DNA from: the human T2T-CHM13v2.0 reference genome, Homo sapiens
Strand: one strand, 5' to 3'
Assembly (NCBI RefSeq): GCF_009914755.1
Contig: NC_060927.1
Length of the DNA: 64,000 nt
Shown: positions 13,993-30,550 of the stretch, piece by piece
Layout: each line of letters begins with the position of its first letter
How positions within the stretch are numbered: position 1 is the stretch's first letter
Position numbers and translations under genes: made by a program
The notes under the pieces: generated by a model
The model's input: only the letters and a program-made list of their open reading frames with translations
What the model was told of the DNA's origin: nothing
The model's database searches: none

Positions 13993-14490
13993 GAGACGGA
14001 GTCTCTGTCTGTCACTCAGGTTGGAGTGCAATGGTGCAATCTCAGCTCACTGAAACCTGTGTTTCCTGGGTTCAAGTGATTATCATGCCTCAGCCTCCCA
14101 AGTAGCTGGGATTATAGGCATGCACCACCATGCCCAGCTAATTTTTGTATTTTTTAGTAGAGATGGGGTTTCACCATGTTGGCCTGGCTGGTCTCGAACT
14201 CTTGACCTCAGGTGATCCACCAGCCTCAGCCTCCCAAAGTGCTGGGATTACAGGCATGAGCCAAGGTGCCTGGCCTCCACCAGAAATATATGAGGTTTTA
14301 TTTTCTCCATATCCTTGCCAACACTTGCTATTTTCTGGGTTGTTTGTTTTATTTTGTTTTTTATTACAGTCATTCTAGTGAGTGGGAAGTGGTACCACAT
14401 TACGGTTTTGATTTGCATTTCTCTAGTGACTAGTGAAGTTGAGCATCTTTTCATGTGTGTGTTGCCCATTTGTGTATTGTCCATGGAGTA
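13680..14490 (-). mobile_element. L1M (L1MB-like) ORF2 end/3' UTR fragment, split by an Alu
   Basis: ATATACACCTAGGAGTGGAATTGCTGGGTCATATGG and GTTTTGATTTGCATTTCTCT; ORF 14248..14484 reads like L1 ORF2 (HMKRCSTSLVTREMQIKT). Confidence 0.9.
13978..14275 (-). mobile_element. AluS inside the L1M
   Basis: Full dimer; TSD CCACCAG(C/A)AATATAT. Confidence 0.97.
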
Positions 14491-15366
14491 ATTTCAGGGA
14501 TAACTTTTAATGAGGTAACGGACATTCTAGTGAAAATGAGAAAGAAGTAAGGCCACTAATAGCTTAAAGCCACTGCTGGTTCCCAGAGTGCTACGTGTGT
14601 CCCTAACGGACCACCCATCTTGCTTCTAGCCTGTCTTCTTGAGACCCAGGAGGCAAGCTCCACACCGGGAGAATCACTCCTGGCATCTCCACGACTTACA
14701 GCTTGGACCCACAATATACCATTCGCTACCCACAAGCTCCTGCACACTCCTCCCTCCCCATGCACCCACACCGACATAAACACACCCCATCCACATTTTC
14801 AGTCCCAGGATTACATAGCAGCTGGGACTTGGATTCCCTTTATGGAGCTGTCCCAACTCTTGGCCTGCAGTATGGCCCAGGACCCCAACAAAACTATTAC
14901 ATGGGGGTATACATTGCACACTCCCCAGAGTTTGGAATATTCTGGGTTAAGGAAGTGAGGGGCAGACACACCTCATTCAGGTGGGCTGCTCCAGGCTCAG
15001 CTCTGTTCCTTTCAATCCTCCAAACGTCACTTCCAGGACAGAGAAAGGAGCCATAGAGAAAAAATGATCAATGCCACTCCTCTATTCATTTACCATATGG
15101 GGAAACTGAAACTCAGGGAATGAAACACCTGCTCACGGGTGCAGCCTGACACAGGGCTAGAGCTCAGGTCCTCAACTTCCCAGACTTTGCTCCTGGAGCA
15201 GAGCAGAACATGATACAACAAGTGCTTAGCTTAGACACCCCTACACCAACACCACCAATTCAGCCCATGATTTGAGTCAAGATCAATTTATTCTCTGCCT
15301 TGATAGTCTCATACAAAATGAGGCAGACAATAACTGCTCTTCCTTTCCCCCAGAAGAACTAATGAC

Positions 15367-15371
<5 letters not shown>

Positions 15372-15410
<39 letters not shown>
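15372..15410. repeat. (TG)19 microsatellite
   Basis: Perfect TG run read directly. Confidence 0.98.
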
Positions 15411-15413
<3 letters not shown>

Positions 15414-16889
15414 CTTTGAGCTCACTGGAAGGCAATAGCTATATAAATATATGTGTATGTTTGTACTTACACTTTTTTTCTTCATGACCTAGTTGAGGTG
15501 GAGAACCATTTTGGGACTAGGTGAAAATGGCACATACTAATTCTACTCGTTTCTTTCTGCATGGTCTAGTCAAATGTTCCCAGGTAAAATGAGTGCCTTT
15601 AACTCTAAAAAGGGAGGAAAAGTCTGTGGGCAGGTGCATTTAAAGCCCCCAAGGCATGAGTCCATGGTTACTAGTCTACATTTCGGACTTTTGTTGTGAA
15701 AGTGACTTCTGGGGACAAGCAACCTAGAGGCCTGCCAAGACCCCCCGGGACTGGCACCCAGGGATCAGTGTTCAAGGACAGGCAGTTCTCTCAGGAGCTG
15801 GGATGAGACCTTGAACAGGTGACTCCCTTGTTCTGGGCCTCAGTTTTCCTATCAGTAAAATGAGGGAGCTGGACTGAATGACCAGATTGCAATTTTTTAA
15901 ACATCAAAATCCTTCTTAAAAATAAAATCTTATGCTGATCCCCAATGTATAAAAGCAGATAAAAATGAAACTGCTCTAACTGAAGGGCCGCTCCCCCTTC
16001 CCACCTCGAGCCAGTTGTTCAGCCTCCAGCTCACTGGTGTGAAACTCTCCGAATTAAAATAATCTATGGTTCTATATAATGAGATTAACTTGTTAGATCT
16101 AGAAAAAAATAAGAGGCTAAGTAGGGTAGCTGGATTGCAGGGCAGGGGCCTTGGAGATGGGAGAGGGCTAGGTGGGGAGAAGGTGGAAAAGGTGTTTGTA
16201 CTGACAGAGCTCTTAGCAACCTGGTCTTCCACCTCAAATTCCCAAAGAAGAAACTGAGGCCAGACTGTTAAGATATAAACTTTGTAACTTTTTGACCCAG
16301 GAAGTTTTGAGAATCATAATAAGGAAATGATTATAGAGTGATTTGAGCTCTTCAAAGACAAGCAGTATTTAAAATACAAGGTATTATTACCTCCACAGAG
16401 CTCTCTTTTGATTACCACTGTGCTTGAAAATGTGGGCAGGCCACTTTTATTTTCCAAAACTCAGGTGTTTAAAAAAATATTCACACGTACAATCCCTATA
16501 CTCAACTCTTATAAGCTAATTGTCAGCTTCCTTGTCACTGGATAATTGTAATGTTCAAAGAGATATTATACTCACTTTATCAGCTAAATTGGCCGTGCCC
16601 CTGATAAAGACATTGATCCCTCCAGCTCACACTCTCTTGCCATAATTTGAAGGATGGTTAAATTTGAAATATTATATTTGAAATTTTAAATGAAAGTACC
16701 AAATATCATTCGACAGAGGTGCTAGGCAGGAACTGATCTCTAAAAGACCCTAAATAAATCAGGGCAGCCCTGGGTTAGTTGGTTTCTTGATACAGGGTTG
16801 GGTGTTGAAACTCAGAAGTCAACCAAAAACAGTTTCAAACAATTTCAGGGTGTTTTTTCAAAACTGAACTGCTCCAGCACTCAGCCTGC

Positions 16890-17370
16890 CATGGCAGAGC
16901 AAAGTCAGGACTCAGAGTTAGAAGATGGGATTCAAGTCCCAGTTCTATTGCACATGGACTGGTCAACCTTAAAGAATTCTTTCACTTCTCTGGTCCTAGG
17001 TTTTCTCCTAGTAAATTGGGATCATTTCCTTGCCCTGCCTATTTCACAGGTCTCCTCTAAGGATGAAAATTGAGTGACACAGAAAGCCATGTGTGACTTT
17101 GAATGAATGGAGGCTAAGACTACAGGCTCTGAATGGAATCAGACAGACCTGGGTTCAAATTTTGATACTGCTACTTAATAGCAGTGTACATTGCTTATTT
17201 GCTCTGAATCATAGGTTCCTCATCAGGGATATGAGGTTATTAATAGCATTTTTCTCACCTGGTTGTTTTGAGGATTTAAAGCACTGGCCCCTCGTAAAGG
17301 CTGAGTGGGTGTTGCCATTTATTAAAAAGCTGTAACAGTCCATGTGCCCAATAAGTTACTGTTGTTTTTT
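16890..17370 (+). mobile_element. Two adjacent MIR copies
   Basis: GGACTCAGAGTTAGAAGATGGGATTCAAGTCCCAGTTCT and GGAATCAGACAGACCTGGGTTCAAAT tRNA-derived heads with cores. Confidence 0.7.
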
Positions 17371-17904
17371 CATAGTTCTGCTTTCTGTGCACAACAGAAC
17401 TAAAGATAACCATGTATCTATTGTCTCTGAACTGCCTGAGTACTCTTACTAGAACGAAAGAAAAAAGGAAATACACTGTGGCCCAGAATGGGGCTCCAGA
17501 GAAATCCAAAATGAGCTGTGGTCTAAAAGCGACTTCTCTCCAAGCCTATTTTTAACTGGCTGTGAACTTCTCTAATACGCAAAGAGTGATGCTGGGCTCT
17601 CTGAATAGCTCTGCTGACGAGCTGCTGCCCGCTTCTGCTACTATGTGAATTTATGGAGTCCTGGTCTCGCACTTCATTAAGGAAATATACGATGGTGCTG
17701 AGACAGGGGGCCAGACACCAATAACTCCCATCCCAATCTCCCAGTTATAAATCTTAGTGCCTCACTCACTAAGGGAAGAGGAGTAACTGAAGAGATATTA
17801 TCACCTGCTCCTTTGTCATGGGCTGTCCTTTTTAAGTTGTTTGCAACAGACAACTTTATTAAGAGACCACCAAACAAAAGTCCTGGCCAAAAGCAGACTC
17901 CCAA

Positions 17905-18325
17905 ATTTGTTAGGAATATTTTCAGTTGCAGGTAACAGAAAAAGTGAACCACAGCATCTTGAACAAACGGAAGTTTATTTTTTTCACATAAGATATTCAG
18001 AGACAGATGATTGCTGGTGCTAGTTCAGAGGCACAATACACTTGCTCCAACTCTATTCAGTGGAAACCCTCTGCACTTTTTCCTCATGATTGTATTCTGG
18101 CTGCAGAAGCTCCAGTCATCATACATACAATCCAGTGAACAGAAAAAAAGAAAGAAAAACGGTGGTATCCATGTCAGGGAATTAAAATGTTACTCAGGAT
18201 TCATCCTTGCAGCGGTTTTTACCTTATTGGCTAGAATTGGGTCAAATGGTCACCCTTGTTTTGAAGGTGATTAGGAATAAGAAGGTTGGAAATGAGCATG
18301 AGATCAACCAAGAGTGTCTGCTACA
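17905..18325 (-). mobile_element. Old MLT1 ERVL-MaLR LTR
   Basis: TTCAGTTGCAGGTAACAGAAA...GGCTGCAGAAGCTCCAG...ATTGGCTAGAATTGGGTCAAATGG...TCTGCTACA. Confidence 0.65.
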
Positions 18326-18396
18326 GCTTCCAATAAAGGCCAGCTGAAGGAAGGAACAAAAGTGAATGATTATGTAATGACTAAAGAAACAGATGA

Positions 18397-18745
<349 letters not shown>

Positions 18746-19851
18746 CTAATCCCCTATCCATCATACCTCCCTATCCCCTTGCTAGCCCACTAATACAGTC
18801 CCATAGTGCCATTAATCCTCCTATAATTGACTTCCTACTCACTTGTCTATCTTCTTGATTCGTGTTTAAGTCCCTTGGTGGCAAAGCACGTGTCTCATTC
18901 ATAACTGCATTCTCTGCACCTAGCACAGTGCCTACAATATACTTATTATAACACAGTGCCTGTTAACCTAGAAATAACTGTTGCTATATTTGTTTAATAA
19001 GCTCTCATGAAAAATTCTAAAAAATGTGACTTATTGCCCAGCACACATATGTAAAGCTTTTCAAGTCCCTCTTTTGAGTTGGTCCATCTAAAAGACTAGA
19101 GCTAAAGTTGTCTCGGTGACATACCCAATTAACTATGAAAGCATGTTATTGTGATTTCCCTAATGTAACCAAAAGAATTCACAAAAATCATTCTTATTTT
19201 GTTCAGTCTAACACATTACAGATTAATTTTCAATAAGTTAAATCTGTTACTGATTCTGAAGTCTTTGACCTAAAACAATAATAGTAAAACAAGGATTGTT
19301 GTTAAATAAAACAATCATAGGAAGAACATTATGGGTTGGGTATTGGAGAAAACGGGGTACTCAGAGATAGGATAAGCAGGGGTCTTTAAACTGGCTATTG
19401 ACTCACCTCCCTGTTTACCTTGCCATGGTTCTCATTGCCTGTCTGCAATTTCCTACCGACTCCATCCCTAAGCCCCAGGTTAGTGCCTTCTTTATGTCGG
19501 CTTTGGAAGATAAGTAGGGTTTGGATATGCATGCATATGATAGAAAGGGTGTCGGAAAAGTCATGACAACAGGAAGGCCTAGAACCAGAGTGGTTATCTG
19601 GCATTAGAGTACATGAGATTAGAGGGAGTGTGAAAGATGAGCTAGTGCTGGGAAATCGGTTAAATAATGAACAAGGGCCTTAAACTTGGGGCTATTGCTC
19701 ATAGCATGAGCAATAGGAGGCCATTTTTTTGTGGAGTATCACACGAACCAAGCTGTCATTTTATAAATTTCCATCTGGTGAAACTCATAAGTATGGAATA
19801 GAGAGATGAAAATAACGAAAGATGAGGATCTTTTAAAAGGCTATTGCAATT

Positions 19852-20147
19852 GACTGGGCTCACGCCTACAGTCTCAGCACTCTGGGAGGAAGAGGCAAGT
19901 GGATCACATGCCACCAGGAGTCGGAGACCAGCCTGGGAAATATGATGAAACCCCGTCTCTATTAAAAATACAAAAACTAGCTAGGCATGGTGGCATGTGC
20001 CTGCAATCCCAGCTACTCTGGAGGCTGAGGCAAGAGAATCTCTTGAAGCCAGGAGGCAGAGGTTGCAGTGAGCCGAGATCACACCACTGCACTCCAACAT
20101 GGACAACAAAGCTAGACTCAGTCAAAAACAAACAAACAAACAAAAAA
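19852..20147 (+). mobile_element. AluS, degenerate, (ACAA)n tail
   Basis: Dimer with a short deletion near the 5' end. Confidence 0.93.
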
Positions 20148-20559
20148 GCCAGTCAAGAAATGAAGCAGACCTGAACTAATGAACTAAGGTCGCGGTAGCA
20201 TGAATGTGGCTAGGGAGTCTAATGAAGGGCACACTGTGATGTTAAAATCAGATACACAGATGGTCACTCCACCAAGTAAGCAACCCAGAACAGCTGAAGT
20301 GCTGGCCTAGGGAGGAACGTCTAGAAAAAGTGGTTAAGAGCGTAATTAATCTCAATCGTGGCCTCAAGATCATCTTGAAGCAGACTCTAACTGAACTTTT
20401 ATTTCCCCTCATAAAAAGGAAGCGAGGCCATCTTGTTCTCACAGAGATGATTCCCTGTTGTAGTAATAGAACCAGTTATAATAAGAAGAATGAACTGATC
20501 TGCAGGGATGAATGACAGATGTTTGATACAGTCCACCCCTTGTACCAGAGCAGTTCCCC

Positions 20560-21040
20560 TTGACGTCATGCAACTCTGTGGATTCTGATGAGCTTTATAG
20601 GTACAAACTGGGAGTCTCTTGTTCATACTGCACACCACTCACCTCCGACCACAGGCCTTCCTTATTAACATTGATGCAAGGCTGGGTCAGCATTCCTGAA
20701 CACGAATGCACAAACTAGAAGGGATTTAACACCCTGTGGAGTAGACCTCTAATGATTGGGAGACAGAAGTCAGGAGATAAGCTCCTTCTCTTTTCTCTCC
20801 CCTATCTCTATTAATGGGTGATCATTAGATGTGGTTTTAAGGCTGCTTAGAGATATAGTTCCATTGATTGAGTTATCAGTATTATTTAACAATGATCAGC
20901 TCGATAACCATTTTCATATTGACTCTCCCTCCAGTCCTGTTTTGCTCACTCCTGTTGCCTGGGATGGGATTCCCTAATAATATACAATGACATAATTCCT
21001 CTACCTTAGCTTTGACTTCTGGGAAACCCAGGCTTAAATA
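20560..21040 (+). mobile_element. LTR16-family ERVL LTR (start approximate)
   Basis: TTAACACCCTGTGG...ATGATTGGGAGACAGAAGTCAGGAGATAA...CTGGGAAACCCAGGCTTAAATA resembles the LTR16 3' end. Confidence 0.65.
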
Positions 21041-21314
21041 AAGGACAACAGAAAAGGTATCATTCACAAAGTACACTAGAGGGATGGTGAAGGATATTCA
21101 CTGCAGGATTGACTGTAGTGTGGGGGGAAAAAAAGAGAGGAGAAGATCGGCTAAGCATCAAACAATTCAATGACTGCAAATGCATACTATGAAATACCAT
21201 TCAACTGTTAAAAACAATAAGTATGGCTGTGTGTGCAAGGTAGTTTGAGCAAGAATGCAGAGAGTATAGCAAGGTGATCCCACATGTTTAAATAAAATAA
21301 AGATATGTACTTTA

Positions 21315-21632
<318 letters not shown>

Positions 21633-21639
21633 TAAACAA

Positions 21640-22355
<716 letters not shown>

Positions 22356-22687
22356 AAATGGACCTTTGAGAAAAAGAACTAGGGGAAAAGAGAAACTCTT
22401 TTCTCTTTTCTCCATCAGTTTTATACTATTTTTTAAATATTTAAATATTAAATCACGATTGTTATTTTATTTATTTATTTTTCAATTAATAGGGCTTTGA
22501 ACTTGATTGAAAATTGAATACAGACTGGGAAGGCTGAGGGAATGAATTTGAAGATGACGCTAAGGTCTCTGGTATGAGTGACTAAGACTATACAGTGACC
22601 ATCCCAGAAGCTGTGTTCTGAGGATGAACAGGCTTGGAAGAAAATACATGGTCACCTTTATGATTACAGTTTCCAAAGCTTCACTTT

Positions 22688-23440
<753 letters not shown>

Positions 23441-23777
23441 ACCTTGAAACAAGGATTTCAAATAATCCTAAAACAAGGATTTCCCTTCAGCTTGGTAGGT
23501 TCTGTCAAAAAGAACTTCCTGTAAGGACTTCTTAGTTCTTTCTTGCAGCAGGATCTGAATATTCCATGTCTTTTTTTCCTAAATTCTGGGCCCTTTCTTG
23601 GGGCTCAAACTGGGTTATGAGTATACACATTCCATGGATCCTTCTGCAGACTCCAGAATGACACCTCCAGGGCTCCCCATCCGGCATCAGCAGTCCACAC
23701 AAATACATCTTAAGAACAATTCCACTTGCTTCACATTACCAAGCCACTGCTCTGGCAATCAAAAAACAACAAAAAAA

Positions 23778-24095
<318 letters not shown>

Positions 24096-24314
24096 TTATT
24101 ATAGATTTGTATTTTTAAATCAAGATAAGGATTAATAGGGGAAAAAATCATGCCATTCTTGACAATAAAATTACACGTTTTGATAACACAGGCTTCCCTT
24201 AAAGCGACAACCAAATGAAAGATGGAGTGTGTACATTGTTTATTTATGATATGAGTGTGCGTATATCTCCCTCCCAAGGGTTTTAGAAAGACTAAATGAG
24301 GTCGTGGATGTGAA

Positions 24315-25100
<786 letters not shown>

Positions 25101-25147
25101 TGCTAGCATATTCTTAAGGTGTGTTAGAGAAGAAAAAAACAGTAGAT

Positions 25148-25312
25148 CAGTGATTCCCATATCAGACTAATGATCAGGAATATCTAGAAACCTTTAAAGG
25201 TAAATAGGTTCTGGAACCCAACCGCAGATAAACTGACTAAAACCCAGACAGTGAGACCCTAGCATTCAAGCTCCCTGGGAGGTGGTGATACACACCAAAG
25301 TCTGAGGACAAT
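25148..25312. mobile_element. MER5-like hAT-Charlie fossil
   Basis: CAGTGATTCCCA...CAAGCTCCCTGGGAGGTGGTGATACACACCAAAGTCTGAG. Confidence 0.6.
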
Positions 25313-27658
25313 AATTATTAAAATGCAAGAACAAAAAGGATCATTATTTTATGTGATATTATCTATGCAGGCAACTACCTCATATCGTGTAATTTCCAAG
25401 TTAACACAAGTAGCCCTGGTTCTTAATGATGAATGCCCAGAATCCCTTTAATAGGAGCCTTTCACCCCAAAAGAATGACAAGTCTTAGAGGGTAAATCCT
25501 TTGGGAGAGGGTCAATAATAAAAATTAATGTAGAGGTATAAATAACTAATATCAAATGAAAGCAGGCTTAGAGAGGAGGCTTAGACAAGATGAGATGAGG
25601 TGAGAAGGACATTTGGTTTCTGACAAACACTGAGAAGAGATAATTGGTGAGTTTGATAATGCTCACTTCCTCAGGCCTGGCGTTTCCCAGGAATATGTAC
25701 ATATTGCACCAGGTGAAGGGCACAAGTGTTCAGAGAGCAAGGGTCTTGTCTAGAGAAAGCAGCCTGCATTCCAAATCATGAATTCATTTGCCTCTCTCCA
25801 GGCACTGGCTCCAGGGTTCACATATATGTGAAAGATGACTGGACACCAGGAATGACTACTGTAGGCTCACCAGTTAGTCTTTTCCAAATATGTGTCTTCT
25901 CTAGGTATCTTGAATGGGATAGTCTTTTACATGACCAACTTTTTTTTTTTTTTTTAAAGAGCTCCTGTTGGAGCTTTTACTCTTTGCTCATCTGCAGATG
26001 GGGAGACGTCATTCCAGACTTGGTATACGTCCACAGATGGGATAAAGAATCCTCCTAGGTTCTTCTGATAGTCCCTTGTTTCTGTTAGAGCTCTTCTGTG
26101 ATGTCTTTGCTAGAGCGGTGGTATGTCTGTGTGCTATGTATCTGTGGAGTGCATAGATACACATTGGACCTTTCCCTGGTCCAATGTCCAAGATACACAT
26201 TGGACCTTTCCCTGGTCCAATATCTGCTGGTAGGAGTCATTTCTCTAGGGTGGGCACTGTGGTATGTTGAGGTAGAAACTCCTGCTCCCATCCCCTTGTC
26301 ATCTCTTCATGAAGAAGGGGAAATATTTGTTGTTCATCTAACATGATCTACACTTTTTCACGGACCAGCGTTTAAGTCCCAGTTTTAAACTAGATGTCTT
26401 TTCTTTTTGTCAATGTCTTAACAGAGAAAGGTCAAGAGTGGCCAATAATTCATAGTGTGACCAGGGCCCCTGGATCAGATAATCACAATCCCTCTTGGCA
26501 GGACTTGAATTGCCTTTTAATTCAGTGTTATTCTCTGAGAGAGAGAGAGAAAAAATGAGGTTGAGATCAATGCGCCAATAGCCAAGCAGCTCTGAACTCA
26601 GTGTTCTTTCAACAAAAGGAAGCACAAAGATTACAGCTATGCTTTGTCCAAGTGAATGGATAAATTCTCACTCATCCTCTTAGAGGAAAACTGGTAACAA
26701 ATGCTCCTTTCCAAGCCAGTTTTTTAAGACCCCAAGCCAGCTTTGGACCACGGCTTCAGTAGATGTTTGTGTGTGGATTTAGGATGATCCACTCTTAACT
26801 GTTACTTGCTACAGTGTTGCTCTCCTCCCTGTCTTCGCTCAGCGTGTAGAACGGTAAGTTAACTACGATACTACTTCCACCTCTGTCCTGCATCCCCACA
26901 GCCTCAGCTTTAGACTACCGCTGCTCACCAGACTGATGCCAGAATCTGGTGGGAAGGAAAGCCTGGGAACCCTCTCTGTGATGCTAATTTGGGCAAAGCA
27001 CTCCCCCACTCCTGCTGTAAGGTAGGTCACCTGCCCATCACCTACTCCACTTTCTGCTCCTCCTCAGAGCGGCAGGAAAGAAAGAGGTCGTGGCCCTCCT
27101 CAGCTAGTTCTAGCTAAAGAGATCAGAAACGCCTTTGGAAGCTGAGGGGCGGTGAAAAAAAAAAGGGCAAGCTCTTTTCTTTGGAAGGATCCTCAGAGGA
27201 AATGCAGCTTGACGTTTGACACGGGAGTGTGGAGCAGTAATAAAGAGATGAAAGGTGAAATGATCAGTCCGGTCTTCAACTACATGCTTCATCTCTAGAT
27301 CCAGTTCCCTCCAGTGGCAACCCAACGCTGTCTTTTTCTCTCCCCCTCATTTCTCTTTTTTTCCCTGAAACACATCTTAGAAAGAGAAAGACTTTCTAAT
27401 GAGGCAAGACAAGCAGGACATTAGCCCCTAGCACCAATTTTAGCACAGGCAGTTGAAAGCATCCTAGTTAGTCAGTGAATGCTACCTGCAGGGCCCATCT
27501 GCTTGCCTTTTGAAATGTTTGGCCCTTGCTTTGAAACTTTTTAAAAATATAACCAAGTATTCTCTTTATCAAAAGGACTCTCTCTGGCAGAGGTAAGGGA
27601 TTGAACTGTCTAAATATTCCAAAGCCAAGCTTGCTCTAGGCAAAGGAAGGCAACATTT

Positions 27659-28658
27659 CTTTCTTTCTTTCTTTTAATTATACTTTAAGTTCTAAAGTAC
27701 ATATGCACAACGTGCTGGTTTGTTACATAGGTGTACATGTGCCATGTTGGTTTGCTGCACCCATTAACTTGTCATTTACATTCGGTATTTCTCTTAATGC
27801 TATCCCTCCCCCTGCCCCCTACCCCACGACAGGCCCCCGTGTGTTTCCTGCCCTGTGTCCCAGTGTTCTCATTTTTCAGTTCCCACCTATGAGTGAGAAC
27901 ATGTGGTGTTTGGTTTTCTGTCCTTGTGATAGTTTGCTCAGAATGATGGTTTCCATCTTCATCCATGTCCCTGCAAAGGACATGAACTCATCCTTTTTTA
28001 TGGCTGCACAGTATTCCATGGTGTATATGTGCCACATTTTCTTAATCTAGTCTATCATTGGTGGACATTTGGTTTGGTTACAAGTTTTTGCTATTGTGAA
28101 TAGTGCCACAGTGAACATACGTGTGCATGTGTCTTTATAGTAGCACGATTTATAATCCTTTGGGTATATACCCAGGAATGGGATCACTGGGTCAAATGGT
28201 ATTTCTAGTTCTAGATCCTTGAGGAATTGCCACACTGTCTTCCACTATGGTTGAACTAGTTTATACTCCCACCAAGAGTGTAAAAGCATTCCTATTTCTC
28301 CACATCCTCCTCAGCATCTGTTGTTTCCTGACTTTTTAATGATCACCATGCTAACTGGTGTGAGATGGTGTCTCATTGTGGTTTGATTTGCATTTCTCTG
28401 CACCACTGATGATGAGCATTTTTTCATGTGTCTGTCGGCTGCATAAATGTCTTCTTTTGAGAAGTGTCTGTCACATCCTTTGCCCACTTTTTGATGAGGT
28501 TGTTTGTTTTTTTCTTGTAAATTTGTTTAAGTTCTTTGTAGATTCTGGATATTAGCCCACTGTCAGATGGGTAGATTGCAAAAATTTTCTCCCATTCTGT
28601 AGGTTGCTTGTTCATTCAGGACATAGGCGCAGGCAAGGACTTCATGACTAAAACACCA
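27659..28658 (-). mobile_element. 5'-truncated, 5'-inverted L1PA (about PA5-7), ~1 kb
   Basis: Antisense L1PA 3' UTR and ORF2 end (ORF 28047..28235 WQFLKDLELEIPFDP); sense-orientation block 28613-28658; 17-bp TSD AAAGGAAGGCAACATTT at 27642-27658 and 28659-28675. Confidence 0.95.
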
Positions 28659-29049
28659 AAAGGAAGGCAACATTTTTTACATTTACAAGATGTCATCCTG
28701 CATAGCATTGACTTCATTCATTGTTTACTTCCTGAATTCATGATGTGGTCAAAGTTAGCGGGGCATGAGTAGTGTGGCAGGATGGGTAGAGAAACAGATA
28801 AATTAGGTAAGGTCCAGTCCTTTAAGAGTTTAGTCTAGATGGCAGAGAGGCACCCACATTCAAATAACTTTAATGAAAGATAGAAAGTGAATACCGTAGC
28901 CCTCATCAGGGGTCAGGCTGAAGAGGTGGGGGTAAAAAAGCATTACTATTGGAATCATTTTAGCAGGTTTTCAAGATATTCTGAATTCCCCTTATGAGCT
29001 TTGTTTGGACACAAAACTCATGATTATACTGGTCACAGACACTATGTCC

Positions 29050-30100
<1,051 letters not shown>

Positions 30101-30241
30101 ATCCCAGCGTATTTACCCAGATACTAAGAATGAGGGCGTTCACCTTATAGTCACCCCTTCTCGTTTTCTATCTCTTCTTCTCCCATCCCTACCCTCTATG
30201 CTTAGCACTCTGTAGTAGTAGATTATAAATTACCACAATTT

Positions 30242-30550
<309 letters not shown>

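Noticed and set aside
23447-23483. Short direct duplications (AAACAAGGATTTC twice; also TGGCAAAGAAC.AGG twice at ~35887-35920)
   Set aside because: Ordinary small slippage duplications with no further structure
26155-26225. Possible pre-miRNA, CRISPR repeat or Rho-independent terminator
   Set aside because: Stems of 8-10 bp are too short for a pre-miRNA; only two copies with a 5-nt gap; no U-tract; eukaryotic context
25900-26350. Overlapping short ORFs that might be an ERV gag/pol remnant or processed pseudogene
   Set aside because: No recognisable retroviral or cellular motifs in any frame and no flanking LTR pair or TSD
28047-28615. ORFs with L1 ORF2 C-terminal similarity (also 14248-14484 and 53747-53929)
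   Set aside because: Broken fragments of truncated L1 copies; no intact ORF2, ORF1 or promoter
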